Assembly (NCBI GenBank): GCA_964016885.1
Contig: OZ024742.1
Span: 38,750,001-38,814,000, forward strand
Length of the DNA: 64,000 nt
Direction: 5' to 3'
DNA from: Eledone cirrhosa
Taxonomy: Eukaryota
The position numbers were made by a program, and so were the translations under genes. Below the pieces are notes generated by a model, which was not told the origin of the DNA, made no database searches, and saw only the letters and a program-made list of their open reading frames with translations. Below, one piece after another: positions 44,751 to 58,256 of the stretch (position 1 is its first letter; each line of letters starts with the position of its first letter).

Positions 44751-44819
44751 ATGTGTATATATATGTGTGTGTGTGTGTATGTGTGTATGTATATGTATGT
44801 GTGTGTGTATGTATGTGTG

Positions 44820-44858
<39 letters not shown>

Positions 44859-45130
44859 GTATGTGTATGTATGTGTGGATGAAGGTATGTGTGTGTATAT
44901 TGCTTCCACCCCCTCACTGACCAGCAGCTGGCTATTGCTAAATCTGACCTTTATAAAATAACCCACACCCCAAATAACTTCTCATTCACTACCAGAAAGG
45001 GACACAGCAGTCAACCTGTTGTTGCTACCTAGATGAAAACTGCTATGAAATCCCACAATGAATTTTATACTTGAATTTTCAAGTCTCAAATTTTAACTCT
45101 TCGTATTATTAATTTTTCTTAATATTAATC

Positions 45131-45178
45131 AACATTTGAAAAGATGGCTTTTGCAGACCCATCGAAACCGGTCATTTT
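45131..45178 (+). ncRNA. Minimal HHR with U3-A8 core, possibly in the 3' UTR of the 43360 element
   Basis: AACAT-TTGAAAA-GATGG..CCATC-GAAA-CCGG-TC-ATTTT. Confidence 0.6.
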
Positions 45179-45278
45179 TTATACCCTTTATTATTTCCTT
45201 ACCTTATAAAATTATGTTTTTTCACAAAAAAGTATTCTGTCTCTTATATATTCCATGTGCCACTACCAACCTCAATTT

Positions 45279-45587
<309 letters not shown>

Positions 45588-45799
45588 ATATATATATATA
45601 TATATACAGTATATATATATATATATATATATATACAGTATTATCCATTCAAATCTTTCTATTTTTCTCCGGATTACTTTTGGAACTACAACTGGAACCG
45701 TCGAGCAAACTCTACGTGAGCTGATAATCTACTGTGTGTAATATTTATATTACAACACAACGGAAAATACTGTATATATATATATACATATACATATAC

Positions 45800-45898
<99 letters not shown>

Positions 45899-47575
45899 CA
45901 TATATACATATATAAATGGGTTGGTTTGGGAAAGCCGCTGCAACAGAGTTGTAAATATTGAAGTAAGAAGGCCAGATAAGAAAGGAGAGAAGTAAAAATG
46001 AATTTTAGAATGTACGAGAAACGAGAGAACATTTGTTAGTCCTAATATATATCTATTTTCATATCGTCTGTGTTTAGGAATTAAACCCTCAAACGTACTC
46101 AATATTGTTAGCTAAAGTGGAATAACACTCATATATATTCCGCAAATACGTGTTGTATCTTGTATGTAATTCTCAGGGAGATTCAGTATGACAGGAATGG
46201 CCCTTTCACTTACTGATACAACTATTATTTTTCAGCAGAATATACTGGAGTAACGAAAAATAAAGTGTCTTACTCAATTACTATCCGACGTCGAGATTCG
46301 AACACACGACCTCACGATCACGACCGTATTTCTAATGAAATATTTTCTATTTTAATTAACTGATAAATAATTCTAGTAAATTCTTCAAAATTCTTCGTTA
46401 TTTTATAAGTTTCTTATATTAAATTATGTTGGAAGATTTTAATTGAAACAGGGGTGGTTATATTTCACGGAACCAGGGCCGGTTTTGGTAGGATTTAGCA
46501 GTCTTAAAAAAATAGTTAGTTCTTGCTAATCGTGCGATCAGTCACGTAGAAGCTCTCACATTGGTTTATAGTGTATTGATACGGGAAACAGGGCGAATTG
46601 GCGGAGTCGTTAGGACGTCGGGTAGAATGCTTTCGGGTATTCATTTTGGCACTCTGCGCTCTGAGATCAAATCCTGTCGGGGTCAACATTGCTTTTCATC
46701 CTTTTGAGATCAATAAATAAACTAGGGCTTGTTCTTCTTCTGTATAACTTTCTCACTTCATCTCTCTCGTTCTCTACCCTATTCTCTGGGAGAAATCGGC
46801 TATATTCAGATCTGAAGGGGGTTGAGTTCCGCCAGGTTTAAAATGCCCCAAAACATGCCCCTACAATTATATCAGCTGCTAAACATTGATTGTGTTACTG
46901 ATAGGCATTCTAGAAGTGATATTACATCTGATTTGGCTACATCCGGTGGTGTTTTGTAGTTGTTCCTAGCAGATCGAGCGACCACTTAGAAGCTCTATAT
47001 TTGTCTCATATATTGATGATGGCGGTGGTGTTTTTAATAAGTCAATAGAGCTTTTCATATTTGTTTCGGGTCTCTGTATTCTGAGTTCAAATTCCGAGGC
47101 CGGTAAAACCCTCTCTACTTCCATCTGAGTATCCAGGATGTGACAGCTGGATTAAGGGAAAGAGAATCGAGAAGGTCTCTATCTCTACTCACGACTGTAT
47201 AGGTACCTAAAACCTTTAACGAAAGTATGTTAAATATTACCAAGTCATACCCAATTGCAAGTGACGACTGTAGCTGAAGTAGATGTTATTGATAGGCGTT
47301 CTAGTAGTGGTTGTAGTGATACAACACGGTATGATGTTGCTTGTCTACAGAGAGTGGTGTTGGCGATATGGGTTTTGTTTGCGCCTGACAGGGCTGTCGG
47401 TGTAAGTGTGTTGCTGATGAATATATATATATACCTACACACAGACACACATACACAAACACACACACACATATATATATATGTGTATATATACATATAC
47501 AAAGACAGACACACACAAGCACACACAGGCACACACAGGCACACATACACAAACACACACCCACACATATATATA

Positions 47576-47611
<36 letters not shown>

Positions 47612-47730
47612 TGTATGTATGTATGTATACATATACAAAGACACAGACACACACAAGCACACACACACAGGCACATGCAGGCACACACACACATATACAT
47701 ACATAGATATATATATACATATATTTATAC

Positions 47731-47775
<45 letters not shown>

Positions 47776-47802
47776 AATACATATATATATATATATATAT
47801 AC

Positions 47803-47936
<134 letters not shown>

Positions 47937-48079
47937 TGTGTATGTATAGCTTCAGTTTGCTTCAACACAGCTGGAAATACTTGGTTTTCATCAGATTCAA
48001 ATCAGTGGTAAACTCTAATGAGTCACGTACCCAAAAAGTCAGTCACCAAAAAACATCCGGTCAGCAGTTGTATTGTCCT

Positions 48080-48108
48080 GTCTGTATGTATGTATGTATG
48101 TATGTATG

Positions 48109-48142
<34 letters not shown>

Positions 48143-48401
48143 TGTATGTATGTATGTATGTATGTGTGTGTGTATGTATGTATGTATGTATGTATGTATG
48201 TATGTATGTATGTATGTATGTATGTATGTATGTGTGTATGCATGCATGCATGCATGCATGCATGTATGTATGATGTATGTATGTATGCGTGTTTGTTTGT
48301 ATGTATGTATGTATGTGTGTTTGTTTGTATGTATGTATGTATGTGTGTTTGTTTGTATGTATGTATGTATGTATGTATGTATGTATGTATGTATGTATGT
48401 A

Positions 48402-48436
<35 letters not shown>

Positions 48437-48660
48437 ATGTATGTATGTATGTATGTATGTATGTGTGTATGCATGCATGCATGCATGTATGTATGATGTA
48501 TGTATGTATGCGTGTTTGTTTGTATGTATGTATGTGTGTTTGTTTGTATGTATGTATGTGTGTTTGTTTGTATGTATGTATGTATGTATGTATGTATGTA
48601 TGTATGTATGTATGTATGTATGTATGTATGTGTATGCATGTGTATACATATATATGTATA
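48080..48660. repeat. (TATG)n tetranucleotide array
   Basis: Direct inspection. Confidence 0.95.
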
Positions 48661-48704
48661 TATGTGTATGCGTGCGTGTATATATTTATATATTATATAT
48701 TTAT

Positions 48705-48925
48705 TATAGAAATGGCTTCTACAGGACTAGAATTGTTTCATTCGACGGAAATCAGGGAAGCTGACTGTCAATGTAATATTACATTGACAGTCAGCTTTCC
48801 TGATGATTTCCTCCGAATGAAACAGTTCTAGTCCTGTAGAAGCCATTTCTATATTAAATATTTATACTCTGCTATGTATTGAGTACCTTACTTACTGTGG
48901 TTACCCCCGATTAAACCCGGGATAA

Positions 48926-48928
<3 letters not shown>
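48705..48928 (+). mobile_element. Fold-back PLE-type terminal fragment (family A)
   Basis: Hairpin 48705-48853 centred near 48777, tail 48854-48928. Confidence 0.75.
48794..48843 (+). ncRNA. Best-preserved family A HHR
   Basis: GCTTTC-CTGATGA(48800)-TTTC CTCC GAAT-GAAA-CAG TTCTAGTC CTG-TA-GAAGC. Confidence 0.65.
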
Positions 48929-48952
<24 letters not shown>

Positions 48953-48960
<8 letters not shown>

Positions 48961-49507
48961 ATACTTTGGGAGGGTCATGTTGCCAATAAGAAACACACGC
49001 ACCAGTTGCTTTCACTCCAATTTATTATAAATTAAATTTATAAATTTAAGAATTTCCAAATTTCCGGTTGGTTGGTTGGTTCCACAACCGGACGGTTGTT
49101 CATATATTGTCAAGGTTCTTTCGTCACACATTCTGTGACCTCTTCAGTGATTGGGGATTCTTTTCTTTGTTTTGTGCCTCTCCTTTGTTCTGTCCTACGC
49201 CAAAAACAAGATGGCGTAGGACAGAACAAAGGAGAGGCACAAAACAAAGAAAAGAATCCCCAATCACTGAAGAGGTCACAGAATGTGTGACGAAAGAACC
49301 TTGACAATATATGAACAACCGTCCGGTTGTGGAACCAACCAACCAACCGGAAATTTGTAAATTCTTAAATTTATAAATTTAATTTATAATAAATTGGAGT
49401 GAAAGCAAGTGGTGCGTATTGGCAACATGACCCTCCCAAAGTATAACAATATCGGTTTCAACACACGTTTTCAGATAAAGAATCTTGCTAAACAAATTCA
49501 GAAAACG
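48953..49507 (+). mobile_element. ~500-bp fold-back of the family C PLE 3' UTR; HHR motif at 49262-49306 and a mirror copy
   Basis: Arms 48953-49202 and 49212-49452, 9-nt loop, tail 49453-49507; CTGAAGA-GGTCACA..TGTGAC-GAAA; homologous to 42775-43068. Confidence 0.85.
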
Positions 49508-49819
49508 ATATATCATACACCTACGGTAGTAGGTGTATAATATTCTTAAGGTCCCATTTCGGTCACTCGCGACACCTTCAAAGCTTTGTCACTAATTCAA
49601 TTTTTGATAGAATTGGATGCGCTTTTTTGCACTTTATAGGACCACAGATAAGCTACTTTTTGACATAAAAATATTGAAATTTGGTTCAGTAGAAAAAAGT
49701 TACATAAAAATAAGTGAGGACCAAAAGAGTGTAAGGAACTACATACATAAGTAACGCTTAGTTTGTTTCTAATTTCTAATACATTAAAAATAGTGATAGA
49801 TTGTGCAATAGCGAATTGT

Positions 49820-49892
49820 GGTCGGGTAGCTCAGTCGGTAGAGCAGCGGACCGTCAATCCGAAGGTCGTGGGTTCGATTCCCACCTTGATTA
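49820..49892 (+). tRNA. tRNA-like sequence, probably a pseudogene or element-borne; GTC in the anticodon position
   Basis: 73-nt cloverleaf: D stem GCTC/GAGC, T arm GTGGG-TTCGATT-CCCAC, intact A and B boxes, downstream T-run; acceptor stem has 4 G-U pairs; C at position 33. Confidence 0.55.
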
Positions 49893-50013
49893 CTTTTTTT
49901 TTTTTTCCTATCTGCACTTCTTCCTATTCATTATTATTTATTATTTAACTTATTTGTTAATAAATATTTTTAATATTAATATAATATCCTTGCATTGCCT
50001 GGAAAAAAAGTTA

Positions 50014-51625
50014 CAGGGAAAAATGCGGGCGCATGTAAAGAAATATTCTTAAATTAATAAACCTAGAAAAGTAAAGGACAAGTTATTACACCTGGAAAAG
50101 TAAAGGACAAGAAAACTTCTTAAAACTTCTTAAAATATTGCAGCTAAAGTCTAAATTTGAAAAAAAAAAATTAGATTATAAAACTAAAGATAAATAATTA
50201 TAAGTTAATTGTTAAAAAAATATCACTTTAAAGGACTGGAAAAATGACTGTATACTTAATTTTTTATTTACAGTTGACTACTGTATACTTAATTTTTTTC
50301 TTGGTGTATACAAATTAATCTTTTTAAAATAAAATTTGTACAATAATTTGTACAATAATTTGTACAATAATTAATTAATAATAATAATAATAATTAATAT
50401 GTACAATTTATTAATTTATGTTATAAGATATTTAAAAATTTTCACTCTTAATCAAATTATATTTTTAAAAATTTAGTTGTAAAATAATGCAGTAAAATAA
50501 ATCAAAAACAGTGCATCATATAATTGCACTTTTTATGAGTATTACAGATTTTTTTTATAATATAGTAAAATTCAACATCTCAAGGGGCAAAATTAGGTAA
50601 AAGTCAATTCATCAATTATTCATTTATAGGGAATCAATCAATTATAGTGAATTCATCAATTCATTAGATGAACTGTTGAATTAGACAATGTTTAATTTTT
50701 AATTGTAGTCTAATTTTACTCTACCTAAAAATGTAGATGGTTATTTTGATCTCTGACAGGTCTTAAATTTCATTATTAAACAATTATAATTTGTTATTAT
50801 TTATCATTACAGTTGGCTCCCTAATTAATTATTAATTAATTGTTAGTGTCATTTACACGCCAAAATTTTGTTTTATTTGATGTTTATAATTGTCACTCAT
50901 TTTTTCAGTCCCATTTAGTAAAGTAAAATAAAGTATATTTATTTAATGACCCAACCACTATGGTGTAAATTAGGATCACAAAATTAAATAAATGATCATA
51001 AATTAGTATTATTATCAATTAGAGAGTCAACTGTATTATTAGAATTTATCACTTTCTATGTATATTTAAATAAAATATTTTTTATTATTCAAATTTATAC
51101 TATAGCTGCAATATTTTAAGAAGTTTTAAGAAGTTTTCTTGTCCTTTACTTTTCCAGGTGTAATAACTTGTCCTTTACTTTTCTAGGTTTATTAATTTGG
51201 GTGTGGATTGGCAGTATCGGTAGAGAGTCGGACGCCATGCTTTCCAGCATATTTACGTCCTCCCTTTACGGTCTGAGTTCAAATCCCGCCGAGGTTAACT
51301 TTGCCTTTCATCCTTACGGGGTCGATAAAATAAAGTACCAGTAATGTACTGGGTGATTGATGGCCTTGTGCCAAAAGTAGAAACAATTATTTTGGGCGGT
51401 GGATTGGCAGTATCGGTAGAGGGTCGGACGCCATGCTTTGACGCATAGAGTTACGGCCCTTGCCATTCTGAGTTCAAATCCCGCCGAGGTTAACTTTGCC
51501 TTTCATCCTTACGGGGTCGATAAAATAAAGTACCAGTAATGTACTGGATAATTTCTGGCCTTGTGCCAATAGTAGAAACAATTAATTTAAGAATATTTCT
51601 TTACATGCGCCCGCATTTTTCCCTG
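50014..51625. mobile_element. Non-autonomous DNA transposon with ~130-bp TIRs, TA-flanked
   Basis: 50014-50146 is the reverse complement of 51103-51198 plus 51589-51625; termini CAGGG..CCCTG. Confidence 0.8.
51199..51580 (+). mobile_element. Tandem SINE family 1 dimer inserted in the right TIR
   Basis: Two full copies (~51199-51390, ~51394-51580) flanked by the direct repeat ATTAATTT. Confidence 0.85.
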
Positions 51626-51638
51626 TAATATATATATG

Positions 51639-51677
<39 letters not shown>

Positions 51678-51743
51678 TAGTCATAAAATATCGGTGGGTG
51701 TGAAAAAAGAAACCTGTGTTCAATCTGGTATTTATTTATATTG

Positions 51744-51873
51744 ATACATAGAACAAAAAGCGCCTGATGACTAGATCACAAATTTGATCGCTCTTCTATC
51801 CATTCTGCACAATCCAGGGAGATGGCCATGATTGGACCTTGAAACTTAAAGTAGCGCTTTTTGTTTTGTGTAT
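51744..51873 (+). ncRNA. HHR motif with ~20-bp stem I and 70-nt domain II
   Basis: ATACATAGAACAAAAAGCGC-CTGATGA(51764)-70 nt-GAAA(51841)-CTTAAAG-TA-GCGCTTTTTGTTTTGTGTAT. Confidence 0.65.
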
Positions 51874-51893
51874 GAAAATAAATAAATACTATA

Positions 51894-51927
<34 letters not shown>

Positions 51928-51928
51928 C

Positions 51929-52771
51929 GGGGTAACAAATATTAGTTATATGCAGTCCACTTAGGTGTAGTCCAGTTATGGTATTCCGGGTAGTGGATGA
52001 TATCAACGCTTGGCTTGGTTTGACTCAACAAGGCGTTTTCATAGTGATGTTGCGAGTATGCTGTAATTCCTATGTTGTAAACACTTGGAGTAATAATAAA
52101 TCAGGAAAGAAGATTGACATGGTTTGCTATACAAAAAAGGTTTTTAATCTCATTGCTGACAATTGTTTCTCTGAACTGGTAGGTCTAGAGATCGCTATTC
52201 GCTTGTTTTCACGTTACTCGATCGCCAATACAAAATTATAACCAGTCAGTTCTTCGGAGCATGCGAGAATGAAGAGAATACACAGGCAAGAAAGGAATAT
52301 ACAGGCTACTATATGAAGTAGTAATGGCATTCAGTTAGAACAATAACAACAATTACAACAATGCTAGTAATAAATTATTTGAGGAGATCCTGACATTACA
52401 TTAGGTGGGGGGTATAGTGTATCTAAGATTTCGAAATCTTAGATACACTATACCTCCCCCCCCCCTAATGTAATGTCAGGGTCTCCTCAAATAATTTATT
52501 ACTAGCATTGTTGTAATTGTTGTTATTGTTCTAACTGAATGCCATTACTACTTCATATAGTAGCCTGTATATTCCTTTCTTGCCTGTGTATTCTCTTCAT
52601 TCTCGCATGCTCCGAAGAACTGACTGGTTATAATTTTGTATTGGCGATCGAGTAACGTGAAAACAAGCGAATAGCGATCTCTAGACCTACCAGTTCAGAG
52701 AAACAATTGTCAGCAATGAGATTAAAAACCTTTTTTGTATAGCAAACCATGTCAATCTTCTTTCCTGATTT
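51929..52771 (-). mobile_element. Fold-back element: ~670-bp spacerless palindrome plus ~170-bp tail, TA-flanked
   Basis: Arms 52098-52432 and 52433-52771, centre TTTC|GAAA. Confidence 0.8.
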
Positions 52772-52799
52772 GTATATATATATATAAACAGTATATATA

Positions 52800-53679
<880 letters not shown>

Positions 53680-53685
53680 TATATA

Positions 53686-54368
53686 TAATGCCAATCATTG
53701 TAAGTTTGAATCTAACTGACATACAAAAACATATATACAGGAATAAGGTAAGCAAGCCCAAATCATAGTAGATTAAAATATCACAGAGACAAAGAGAGAG
53801 AGAGGGGGGGGGGAAATGAGGTGGAACAGAAATGAAACATGGATTACAAGTTAAAATGTAGTCTAGATAGATGAGAAACAGAACGAGGATGTAGTTTATG
53901 GTACACCCAAATGATTTACAAGTCGATCTTGAGTAGGAGCAATAATATTAAGAAAGACATGAACGACACCACAACACTGTGTTTTGAACATTTTGAAAGT
54001 AAGTTTATAAGTATGAATTTTCATAAGATTTTCGTAGTTGTCTCTGTGGCCTAGCGTTAGGTACTAGAGACGGTGGAGATCCTGGCATTGGGTTCAATCC
54101 TGGTAGATGTAACCTTTTTCAGTTTTTATTTTACAACCCATAGAAAAAAAATTAAAAGGTTTTTACGGGAACACTACTCCCGACGAGAATCAAACTTCAG
54201 ACCAGGATCACCACGGTCTGTGATTCCTCCAGCTGGGCCACCGAGACAGCTACAAAAGTACAATGAAAATTGATAATTATAAACCTACTTTCAAAATCAA
54301 AATTAAACAAGATGTGGTGTGGTTCATGTCTTTCCTAGAGCTATTAGTAATATTTAGGGTCGACTTGT

Positions 54369-54424
<56 letters not shown>

Positions 54425-54543
54425 TATAAGGCCAATCATTGTAAGTTTGAATCTAACATGCAAAAACATATATATATGAATAAAGTAAGCCCAAATCATA
54501 GTAGATTCAAATATCACAGAGACAAAGAGAGAGAGCGAGAGAA

Positions 54544-54575
<32 letters not shown>

Positions 54576-54609
54576 GGGTGGAGAGAGAGAGAGAGAGAGA
54601 TAGAGATAG

Positions 54610-54650
<41 letters not shown>

Positions 54651-55040
54651 AATAAGGTACAACAGAAATGAAACATGGATTACATGCTAAAATATAGTCT
54701 AGATAGATGTGAAACAAAACGAGGACGTAGTTTATGGAACACCCAAATGATTTAGAAGTCAACCTTAAGTAGGAACAATAACATTAAGAAAGACACGAAC
54801 GACACCGCAACACTGAATTTTGAAAATTTTGAAAGTAGGTTTATAAGTATGAATTTTCATAAGATTTTCATAGTTGTCTCTGTAGCCAAGCGGTAGGTAC
54901 TAAAGACGCTGGAGATCGTAGAAAAAAACTGAAAAGTCTACTGGGAACCCTACTCCGGACGAGGATCGAACTTCAGACCAGGTACTCCACCGTCTATGAT
55001 TCCTCCAACTAGGCCACCGAGACATCTACAACAGCATAAT
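53686..55040. repeat. Diverged tandem duplication (~53686-54370 and ~54427-55040) containing a fold-back with inward-facing tRNA-like heads
   Basis: Both units start GCCAATCATTGTAAGTTTGAATCTAAC; imperfect inverted repeat 53918-54368. Confidence 0.75.
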
Positions 55041-55041
55041 G

Positions 55042-55099
55042 AAATAAAATATACTCTGTAATCATTCCATATGGAATGATTACAGAGTATATTTTATTT
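55042..55099. repeat. Perfect 58-bp palindrome
   Basis: AAATAAAATATACTCTGTAATCATTCCAT|ATGGAATGATTACAGAGTATATTTTATTT. Confidence 0.9.
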
Positions 55100-56224
55100 T
55101 ATCTGTTTATTTTATTTGTCCATGTACATATATGTGTGCATACATATATATATATATATATATATATGTGTGGGTATAGCTCTGGATATGTTACAGATAT
55201 GCATAATATTCTATACATGAACGATAATCATGTATGTGAGGGCAGGAGTATTAATATATACTTTTTATGTATATATATATTTTTTATGTATATATATATA
55301 TAGTAAAATCTTTTATAACACAAAGGAAAAAAATTTTTTTTCTGTGAAACAAGAAATTACAGAGTTGATCACGTAAGATCATGGGTATGTCTATAGTATC
55401 AACTAGAACTTGAGATGACCTTCTCTTTTTCTCTTTCTTTCCTTTTCCGGAAAGTACATATATACTTATATATTTCCGTATTTTTTGAAGTTTTATCTCA
55501 GTTTTTGGTACATCGACCTCAGAATTTTAAACTAAACATATGGTCATTATTTTTCACACATTATATATCTGTCTCATTCATGAATATTGATATTTACATT
55601 ATAATACCCAATTCATATGAATTGATAATTCAAATTGATAGGACATAACGTAAAGATGTAAATCTATATCCCTCTCTCTAGATATAGCTCTTTCTTCTCC
55701 TCCCTCTTTATATTTGATGAAGTCTAAGTATCGGTTATTTTAACTTTGCCTCTCGAGTTTCTCTCTTGTTTTCTCTCTTACTTCTCTCCTATTTCTCTCA
55801 CCTCCCCATATATAATAATTATTATTATTTGGTCTACCTCTTTTTTCCCCCCAACTCTATCTTTCTCTCTCTCTCTGTTTTCTCTTCATTTTTTATTTCT
55901 CTCCGTCTCCTTAACACTAGAACTAAATAAGTACAGTACTCCCTCCCTCCTAAATCTCTCAATTTGTATGATGAATTATTATTATTCATCTGTTGCCTCA
56001 GCTGCCTCTCTTTTTTCACCTCCTCACTATTTCTCTCTCCCCTATCTCTCTCTATTTCTCTCTGTTTTTCTTTACATACATTTCTTCTTTTTCTCCGTCT
56101 TTCTTTTTAACTGTGCTTAACACTAAATATTTATAAACATTTCACTACCAAACCAACTTCTTACATAAAAGTTGATCATTATTTATGGTACGTCAAAATT
56201 ATTTATAAAACTGTTTATATATTG

Positions 56225-56290
56225 TATTTTATCTGAAGAAGGCATGCCATATTTTTAATATGGTATCCCCGAAATATGTATAATGAAATA
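56225..56290 (+). ncRNA. Type I HHR (family D)
   Basis: TATTTTAT-CTGAAGA(56233)-AGGC ATGCCATATT TTT AATATGGTAT CCCC-GAAA-T ATGT A-TA-ATGAAATA. Confidence 0.7.
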
Positions 56291-56330
56291 AATATGGTTT
56301 TATAAATATAGTTTCCATTTGTTTAATATC

Positions 56331-56373
<43 letters not shown>

Positions 56374-56471
56374 TGAAAAATGGCGAGCTGTGTTGTTGCA
56401 TATATGATATATATAATAAAAATAAGAATTAGAAATAGAAGCCAGGACTATCCGTCAATGGATATATATAC

Positions 56472-56571
<100 letters not shown>

Positions 56572-56832
56572 TATATCATATATCAACTTTATGAAAACCA
56601 CTTACAATACAGAATCACTCAAGGACATAGAGTCACGTGCATTATCTAATAGTTTTAATTTTCAATGTATGCATTCACATATTCCAACTAACACTTACAC
56701 GCTTTGAAGGTGAAAGCACACACTCACACTCACATACACACACACACACACGCGCGCGCATGCATACACACATATATTTGAGTGTACAAACAGTGGGAAA
56801 CAGAATTTAATACATAGTCCTTGAGTCACTGG

Positions 56833-56864
<32 letters not shown>

Positions 56865-56970
56865 TATATACATATATATATGTATATATATACATATATA
56901 TATATGTATACGTGTATATATATAAGTGTATATATATATATATGTATATATATAAGTGTATATATATATG

Positions 56971-57001
<31 letters not shown>

Positions 57002-57090
57002 GTATATATATATATGTAAATATATATATGTATACATATATATGTTTATATATATATGCATATATAAATATATATGTATATATATATATG

Positions 57091-57131
<41 letters not shown>

Positions 57132-57155
57132 TTGTATATATGTATGTATATATAG

Positions 57156-57238
<83 letters not shown>

Positions 57239-57248
57239 TATATATATA

Positions 57249-57387
<139 letters not shown>

Positions 57388-57614
57388 TATATATATATGT
57401 ATATATTATATATATATATATATATATGCGAATACATATGAAATCGGATATTTAAATGCTGTATAATGTAATTTTAAAATATTTCATGTTCTATTTCTCT
57501 TTTCTTATTTTTTAAAATATTATTTCGATCGTAAAATAACTTTCGTAGATAATACGTTGCTGGGAACAAACAAACAAAATGAAACAAAAAGAGGCCCAAA
57601 ATATTAACCAGGTC

Positions 57615-57815
57615 CTGGCGAAGCAATCTTGGAAATGTTTTAACAGAAATTTTTTAATTGTTATCTCTGCTTCCAGCAGAATAGGAAACGCCGTGGACAT
57701 ATATTCTTTACACTATTCCATTTCATATTCATTGCATTGAGTTCTGGGATGTCCTCGATTCCTATTTCTATGTATCATATTGTCATTGTACTGAGTTCTG
57801 TTCTTGAATGAGGAT
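57615..57815 (-). mobile_element. Old RTE-derived 3' remnant; second copy at ~59868-60050
   Basis: Two diverged ~200-bp copies; minus-strand HRNRNRGHPRTQ / HGKRNQGCPRIQ resemble the RTE GxRxRGRPR motif. Confidence 0.45.
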
Positions 57816-58138
57816 GGTTCTGAACATGAACCAATACACACTGATAATGAAGAAATCAGAGCTGTACGGGAGCCTCCCAAATGTCAGATGGAAAATATCA
57901 CAGAGGAAACTGAGGTTAAGAGGACGTGCTCACCGACATTCACAGCTGACACTGCACTCAGCGGTCCTGTGGGAGCCCCTACACGGAAAGAGTGGATGCG
58001 GGAGACCAAGGATGACATATATTGCTGCTCTAATGATGGACACTGGTTTCCAGGAGACGCGGGACATAGCGGCGATGATGAAGGACAGATACCGCTGGAG
58101 AGAACTCGTCCATAGATCTCGCGAATTTTACCTGCCCT
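57815..58138 (+). mobile_element. RTE LINE 3' remnant
   Basis: [49 protein letters not shown]. Confidence 0.8.
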
Positions 58139-58163
58139 ATATATATATGTATATGTGTGTGTG

Positions 58164-58256
<93 letters not shown>

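Noticed and set aside
49068-49346. Mirror-image ORFs on both strands
   Set aside because: Consequence of the palindrome in a non-coding UTR
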